DNA from: Phoronis australis
Taxonomy: Eukaryota > Animalia > Phoronida
DNA length: 64,000 nt
Reading direction: 5' to 3'
NCBI GenBank assembly: GCA_002633005.1
Contig: NMRA01000203.1
Location: 475,818-539,817 of the forward strand
Each line of letters opens with the position of its first letter. The stretch's first letter is position 1. Positions 52,801-61,800 of the stretch are shown piece after piece. The notes below the pieces were generated by a model. That model worked only from the letters and a program-made list of their open reading frames with translations. It did no database searches and had not been told where the DNA came from. A program made the position numbers and the translations under genes.

Positions 52801-55800
52801 ACCAGGTGTCCCTGAAGAGACATATCAGTGTTGGCTTCATAGCCATACTGCTGATTCGACAACAGGTTAGAGTTCAGTAGCTATCTAGCAACTAGAAAAA
52901 TCTAGCCAAAATCACACCTAACGTAATCTCGCTAAGTCTTGGTTTTTAGCGAGGTCCTAGCCTTACTGAATTCTACTCAGTATTACCTCATTGACACCAG
53001 ATACAAAAAATCGAGGCAGTGACTGCATTATTTAAACAGTTTTGAAGTAATGTTTTTTTGAAAGAACTGTTTTGTATCCCATTAGAAAGAATTGTAAAAA
53101 TGAAGCACAGAAAAAACAAATTAGCAACATCTTCAAGTTTGAAACTGACAGAGGCAACATTATGATATTTCACCACTTATACACACTGCAAACTTTGGTA
53201 GAGTAACAGTGGTGGAAACAGGAGTGTGCCTCGCTGTGTCTACTTGAAAGTTACAATACAGACACTTATGGCTCATTACAATTGAGTGCCTCCTCAGGAT
53301 AAACAATCTTTGATGAAGGACCGGATCTAGCAAATAATAATTATGTAAACAAAAGAGAAAATTTTCTGCAAAAACATTAAAGCCTCATGCAGCACTACCT
53401 TTGAAAACCATTGTTTTAGTTCATGTTTTGGGCTATAACCTCATTTTTTGGTTCTTTAATAGTGATTTAGCATACTTAATTACACATGATGACATCATGC
53501 ATCATGTGACATCATGGGCCGCATGCAGTTCACTGATTACTTTAACACGAAAATTCAATGCCACTAGCTCGGTTTATTTGAATTTGAAATTTTGTAATTT
53601 TGGCTTGACCCAATTAGCGTTGTGTGTACGCGTTTAAACAAGTGTTCACATAATATGTAATTCATCAACCAGCGTGGAACGTATGTTGCAAATACTTTAA
53701 AGTTTGGTCAGAACGCCACCTGTTGGCCACATTAAGTGACCTAATGAATGTAAGCTTGAAAATATTTCAGTCAGAAATCTTCCCAGACTCACATGTATAT
53801 TTATTAAGTCACTTGATGTGGCCAACAGGTGGCATGCTGACCAGACTTTAAAATGTTTGCAATAAGGGTTCACATGACAAACATTTAGGAATGATAAACA
53901 ACGACAAATGTGACCAAACCATTAAAGTTGCAGGAATCTGATTCTGTTTCAGACTTGTTGACATATCACGGAGGGCTCTTCTGTTTTCTCTCTCACTTCT
54001 GAAATACAGTTCACTTTAATCAAAATAATATTATTTTCTTTGGAAAATAATCACCAATACTTGGAGTAAATTAGATAATTGTTTTATTCAAAAATAAATA
54101 ATTCTTGCTAATACTACCCTGACTTCACAACAGATAGCATTCCAAGAGTTTTTTCAGCATGAATAAAGCAAAAGATCAAATTATCTTGAAGTTCTAAAAA
54201 CACAGAACACAATTCAAGATGATGTCAAATTCTGTCAGTAAATAAGGAATTTTAATAATCCAATATATCTGGTATGCCAAACTTCAGATTTGGTGAAAAT
54301 GTAACGGTTCACAAATAATGTGCAACATAAAAATTGGGAGCAATTTTTGAAATCGAAGTTAATTTTGAAAAGTACTTTAAATTTGGCCATGTTGTTGAAC
54401 AAACGAATTTCAAGTACTGAACATAGCAATATACTTGGTTAACCACATATACAGGCTCTCTGTGAATAAGAATAACCACACACAAAGGCTCTCTGTGAAT
54501 AACAATAACCAATTCTTCTGCAGTTAAAAACGATTACTAAACTGTTTTACTTTTCAACTGTCTATTATAAGCTGCATATGTGTAATTACTTGTGATGCAA
54601 TATTGGAATTTCTCGCATGACCTAATATACGTAAATAGAACAACAAAAATCGATCACTGAAATTTTCAGATATAGTAACATCCTTTGTCAACAGAGACAG
54701 AAATAAAGTAAAATCTGACATCTGATATATGACATAATGAGCATGATACATGATTCCTGCAACTTTAATATTTTGGTCACAATGATAACAGATTGGTCAG
54801 AATGATAACAGATTGGTCACAATGATAACAGATTGGTCAGAATGATAACAGATTGGTCAGAATGATAACAGATTGGTCAGAATGATAACAGATTGGTCAG
54901 AATGATAACAGATTGGTCANNNNNNNNNNNNNNNNNNNNNNNNNNNNNNNNNNNNNNCACAATGATAACAGATTGGTCACAATGATAACAGATTGGTCAC
55001 AATGATAACAGATTGGTCACAATGATAACAGATTGGTCACAATGATAACAGATTGGTCACAATGATAACAGATTGGTCATTTATCATTGTTTATAAGCTC
55101 ATTACACCATATATCAGATTCAGATTTTACTTTTTCATATGTCAATTGTCAAATAGTGTTTGATTTTAGCCTATTTTATTTCTGTTTCTGTTGACGAAGG
55201 ATGTTATTATATCCAAAAATTTCAGTGATCCATTTTTGTTGTTTTATTTACATATATTTATTCTACTTTTCTACAAACAAGTGTATCTTTTAGAGGATCT
55301 GGATCGCCTCTTTTAGTTTCGGATTTATTTTCTACGTTATTTGCATGACCTGAAATGTGTTACGATACGGCTGGTTCATAACACCGAGTACGTAATTTTT
55401 TTGATATTACATGCCTGGGTGAATCACAAAGTAGAGCAAAGTAGAAAAAATCCATACGCCTTACATTTTATTGTCTGCAAAACACTAAAACAACCAAACG
55501 CACGCCAATCAAACAATGTCGGAATTCTGAGAAGGTGACAAGGTTATGATTGACAAATCGGGTGTCCCAGCTGTACGTACTCCCAGTCGGAAGGACATGC
55601 AAACAACTTCTTATTAATAAATGGACACATCTTCGGCGGCAAATTCCATATCCACATTCATTGAAACAGAGACGAGCCCCAACTCAAGAAACACGGCGAG
55701 TCGACTGTCTAGCTGTGCTGTCTCAAGGTCAATTCAGTGCTCACGCGCGGGGAAGCCCTGCTGACTATTATTTATAAACATTTATTAACTAAAGTTTTAA

Positions 55801-58800
55801 TATTACAACTGCAAAGATTATTTATTAGATTTTAATTTGAATATTTGTTACTAAAGCTGAATGCAATTTACAATTGTTAAGCTTAAAATAAAACTATTAA
55901 CAAAAAGTAACTGAATCACTTTACATTGCGTGTTTTTACAAAAGTTGCGTCATGTGGTTGAAACTTTTAGACACGTTAAGTTATTCGGCAAAAAAGTTCA
56001 TTTTTACGGTTCATTGAGAAAACAAATCCTACACTCGTTTCAGATTTATGACATGGGCAAAACCTCTTGGAAATTTCATCAAAATCTCTCGGCAAGCCTC
56101 GGAAATTTCCAAGAGGAAAAATGGATATCATAAATAAACCATTGCAACGTATACTATTTAACTTGTAAGTAAAAGGTTATATTGAAAATAGAGATTCCTA
56201 CACGAGTCTCAGGTTTATGACATGGGCAAAACCTCTTGGAAATTTCCGAGGCTTGCCGAGAGATTTTGACGAAATTTTCAAGAGGTTTTGCCCATGTCAT
56301 AAACCTGAGACTCGTGTAGGAATCTCTATTTTCAATATAACCTTTTACTTACAAGTTAAATAGTATACGTTACAATGGTTTATTTATGATATCCATTTTG
56401 GGCTGAATCTGCATTGATTTCATGTTCTCTTCCAGAAGGTGGTAAAATTCATGCTGAATCGACATGCATTCAACTACAGCTTGAGACTATGTATATTCCT
56501 GGGTTTCGTTTCAATGATGATAATGTTAAATAAAGATCCTTTTGGAACCAAAAAGCCATACATTGTGGTTTTCTGTTCACAGTCGTTTTGTCCATTTCTC
56601 AGTGAGTTGGTTCACCAACAGCTGCACCCTCTCTTGTTGTGGAATAAAATAACATGGGAAATTCCCTAATGTCAAAGGGAATGGCGTAGCAGGTCCGAGT
56701 ACACCACAGGGAGATCAAGTCCAGGATCTCTGTTCAGACTTGTGGATTTGAATCTCAATAACCTCCCGTAACCTATGCTTCCACTCTGGATGTAAACTTG
56801 ATACACTGAAATCCTCATCAGAGAACTAGTGATGTAGATCCCTGCCATGTTCTTGAATAGCAACAGTGGGTATGAGACTGGGGTGGCGATGGTCCTTGAC
56901 CCTGGTTGATAACTGGCGACCTGTCTCACTGATGTAAACGTCAGTACACTCACTATATTGCTGAGACGGGTTGCCAGTTATCGACCAGGGTCGAGGACCA
57001 TCACCACCCCAACCTCAGACCCATTACTGCTATTCAAGAACACGCCAAGGATCTACATCAACAGGTCTCTGATGAGGATTTCCCTGTATCAAGTTTACAT
57101 CCAGGTGGAAGCTTACGATATGGTAGGCTATTGAGATTCACATCCATAGACCAAGTCTGAACAGAGATCCTGGACTTGATCTCCCTGCGGTGTACTCAGA
57201 CCAGAAACATTTAATGTTTCTGGTCTGAGTACACCGCAGGGAATCCCCCATGTTCTTTTATATCTTTATTCCACAATGAGAGAGGGCACACCTGGTGGTG
57301 AACCAAGTCCGTGAGAAATGGAAAAAACAGCTGTACACCATCAACCTCAAGGTGCGGCTTTTCAATTCCAAAAGGGATCTTTATCAAAAAAATCAGAATA
57401 CTGCTATACTGAATTTTGAATGACCCTCTTCTGCCAAACCTACTTTCTTCTCTGTTCAGCTTCCTTGCCCAGCTCTTCCTGAAGCCTTATTTGATCACTG
57501 GTAAGGTCCCGTAATGATTGATGGAGGTCATGAATTGAAGTGTTGAGGTCTTCACGGAATCTAACACTGGATGTCCGTGACCGACCACCATATTTTCGCC
57601 GGGATCGTGGGTACCCTGTATACTCCTCATCACTGGTTCTCCTCTACAAATAAAATAAACACGGTGACTTTCGATTACCTGTGTGTATTGCTTTTGCTAA
57701 ATAAAGAATGTATCTATCTTAGTTAATTATAATCCTCTTACACTCAAGTTAGGCACACCAAACAATGCAAAATAATGTTAAGCCTAGAGTAATAAAAAAC
57801 TGCTGACAGTCAAAAAAGAATTTTTGAGAAAGCTAAAAAGACACATGAGGACAAGATATCACAATTGCTTCTTACGAATAATAACATTTGTCAGAAAAGT
57901 TCATAGTCGCAGTTACTCCATGCCTATCAACTACCCCTACAACAGTTAATCAACATAACGTTTGGTCACTTTTCTGGCATTAAAACTTCTGGTAGTGAGT
58001 AACCACTCTGATGTTGGTAACAGTCACGTACAAGTTAGGTCTCATATTTTGAGAACCAGTTTTCTCCACTGAATAAAAGGCATCAAACTAGTTCTCAAAA
58101 TCCGGGACCCCTGTAAGAGACTATTTTCCTAAAGCTTGGTTCTTTTTACACACCCTGTAGTCACGGATAGGTGAAGTGGGTTTTCTCTGCTTCCGTCTTG
58201 ACCTTCTGGCTGGAAATGCAACAGAAACTTTGACATGCAATTGGCCAATTTTCTAGTAAAGTTTCAAGTTCAGAGATTAGACCTCGGGCTCTGGTCAACG
58301 TGATGCCCAACTGTGGTCTATCAATGTAACTTTGAAACATTATATATATATTTTTAATGTCAAACACGGGGAAACATGTCTCGGAATTTTGATTTAACTA
58401 ACAGATATCAGCAATCAAATTTGTTTTTAATAAAAAATCTGAGAAAAAGCCCTCTTGGACACATACCACAAAATAAGTGCGCAAAGTGTCGTGCAATTCA
58501 GCCCACATGCTATTAAACAGAAATCTGTGTTAAAAACTGCTAAAAGCACCGGAAATCAAAAAGTCAACAGATTTGCAATGCAACTGAAATCTAGTAAAGT
58601 TGCCCCAAACAACTCACATATTTGGCATACAAATAATGTGTTAATTTAAAGAAAAGCTAAAATAATTTAATACAATGAGAGAATGTTTCATTTTTTAAGA
58701 AATCCACAAAGCTTGACAATTATTTGAAAATATAGTAGTAGAACTAGTAGGAGATATTAATGCACACACAAGTGTGGCAACACAAATTAAGTGTAATTAT

Positions 58801-61800
58801 AAAAAACTCTATTTTCATCAACTGTTCTGCTCTACAAGTCATTTCGACCGCTTCAAACCCACTCTATCAAATAAACTTTCTGCCTACCTTCAGCCGTGTC
58901 TGAGTACCTATCCAAGTCGCTACTCCTAAGTGATCTTGTGTCTGATATTGACCGTCTGTTCTCTCGCTCTTCTTTTAGCTGCGTGGTTGTGCGTGAAAGG
59001 TCTTCGCGTAGCTAAGAAGACCACAACAGTAACACTTAGATGGACGCAAGTAAAGTGCAATCCATCCAGTTGTGCTGATATTCAGTTAACAAAAAGACAA
59101 TCAGAACACGCTAGTCTTGTTGCCAATTAGGTAGAATTGAGTTACAAGTCTTTAGATGGTATTGTTACAGTTACAGACACCAATACAAGATGTATTGCAC
59201 AGTGAAAAATCACTAAATGAGCTAAGCAAACATGAAAATGAAGATACTGTGTATACTTGTGATCAAAGGCTAAGAGTGCACAACAGAAAAATTTTGAGTT
59301 CATTTTACTTGTTAGTGGATGGCAATGCTCTAAACATTGACGTTTTATTGGAAACAATAAGCCACTTTTTGTAAAATCAAGGCGCAATGTATTTGCAGCC
59401 TAATTTAGCAAAGTCTCACTAATTAAAGACATAATATGAGAGAAAAGAAATTATAAAAATGTAAAGATAAATAAAAAGCCCAGTAAAGTAACACTTGGAT
59501 ATGCTTTCTTGAGTTTTCGGGCTTAACTCAATTATTGTGCACTACATTTTTAATAAACATTAACACAGACACCACCAGTTAGGAATTCATAACAATATTG
59601 GAAGGCCTTGAATATTGAAAAAAGATCTGTATTAAATTGATGTTTTACACCATCAGAACAAAACACCCATTCTTACCTTATCAATAGCCGAGGAATGTTG
59701 ATCTGATACATCTTTATACTGATCTAACATAGTGTCCACAGCTCGGATGTTACGGGTTGTTTCCTTGAACAAAGAAATACTACGACGATGAATGTAAACA
59801 AAGGTATTCCTTCAGTAATGTGCGAGAGAAGTTGAAACTTAAAAAGATATCAGTCACGATGTTGAACAGAAATCCTCTGACAAAAAGCAACATGTATATC
59901 TCACAAAATTGGAAAACTATTTCTTCTTGACTTTAATGTTGTAAAATTTGACTTATCCAAAAGCAAGAGTGATAATAAGTACCTAGTACTTGAACCAGCG
60001 TCCAACGTCTAATTCTAACTGTTGCTCTACAGTAATAATTCTAATTGTGTATATGCAGGCGTCCGACCCCCACGAAAATATCTCCACGTTGTTTAAATAA
60101 CAGCAATGCTAAATACCAAACCCGGTTTTGGCGTATTAGCAGATACTAAAAACGGCTTTCCCATCCAGTTCTCTAGAATAAAGAAATGCTCCGTAATTTT
60201 AGACAAACCTCAAAAGTTTGAGGAAAATTTCAAAACTCCTTTCAAAGTTTGCTAAATGGGTAAACGTGACCAACGCTTCTAGCGAAATACACGCCAACTG
60301 TGGGAAAAGACCACCCACCAAGGGCCATAAAGTCGAACTTGTGAGATGGGGAGTGTGAGTTTTTAGCTGCTGCCTGCTTTTAGATTTCACGATTGACACC
60401 AATGATGCATTTATGTATGTGACAGAACGAGGATTGGTTGAAATCATCAAAACAGGGTTTAGTATCCTTTTTAAATACAAGTAAACACATAGATCAAATA
60501 GCAATAATTTCAATGACTTTTCCAAGTTTCAAGAAGCTTCAACATTTAACAACAGTGACTCTATAGCAAACAGTAACTAACATATTTTGCAATATGCAAA
60601 CCTTAATCTCTTGAAAACATTTAAACCAAAAAAAAGTTTTGATGATTCTATGAATGCAACATTCTGTTCATAAACATGTAAACAAATTATGACTATAGAG
60701 TTGTTCTCATCAACAGTAAGTAATTTTTTCTCATAAACTTAGTTCTGTTAATGGCAAATTACAATTTTCTTGTAAACTGCGAATCTGTTTTTCCAACTTC
60801 GTTTATTACTCATGAATTACTATAACATTTCTATTCACATCTGTCAGGCACAAATTGCACGAGCTTGATATATACTTCTAGTATGTAGGATATTGAACCT
60901 GTCTATACAACTGGGAAATGAATATTGTATTTGTAACAATAGAGTACAGAATATGAGAAGTGCAGCTCGTGATAAAAAAGCGTACAAAGAAAGTCTTATA
61001 TGATAATATCACAGTGACAGAAGAACGAGCACCCTGAACTCAAAAAGTTATAAATTTCCCGTCATACACGACACAAGACATTGCACTCAACAAAGTTCAC
61101 ACCTCATTTCTTTCAATGAACAGGTAAAGCAGTAAATGTTGTTTGGTTGAAGCCAATATCAACCGTGTATTTGTGTTAAAACAAGTTTCTTCACAAGTGT
61201 ATTTGTCTATTCCAAAGCAATGTCATTGTATTCTTATCCTTCTCTTGAATTATATTGGTTCAGCAAAATGCGTGGAATTCCCAATAGCTATACTAGATTG
61301 GTTCAGCAAAATGCGTGGAATTCCCAATAGCTATACTAGATTGGTGGCTCAAAGCACAGTCTATAGTACAAGCACCGCCAACTCAGTATATTTTCAATGG
61401 ACGAAATCCGTGATCTTACGCATAAGCTGTGACATTATTCACTAGCGACACCTTGCAAAATTAGCAAGTTTTACTTACGGCAAGTATGTCGTTTGCTAAT
61501 CATTGTCAGCTGTTGTGTGGTCGGGTATCAAAAGTATTCACGATACCAACAGTTCTATTATTGGAAGACATTGAACAGCATTTTAATGCCAAAATTTTTT
61601 TCATTGTACTGGACACTAAAATAGATGCGAGAATTTCCCGGCACGATACACTAACCAGAAACAGAAATTGACAATTTAGGAGAGCGGTGCCTCCTCTAGG
61701 ATAGTATGCAAGAAAATGTCGGAGTTGCGAATCTGTTGTCTGTAACCTGTGTTGAAACTAACTCATCATGACAAGGAAACTTGATGAGTCTGGAGTGAAG

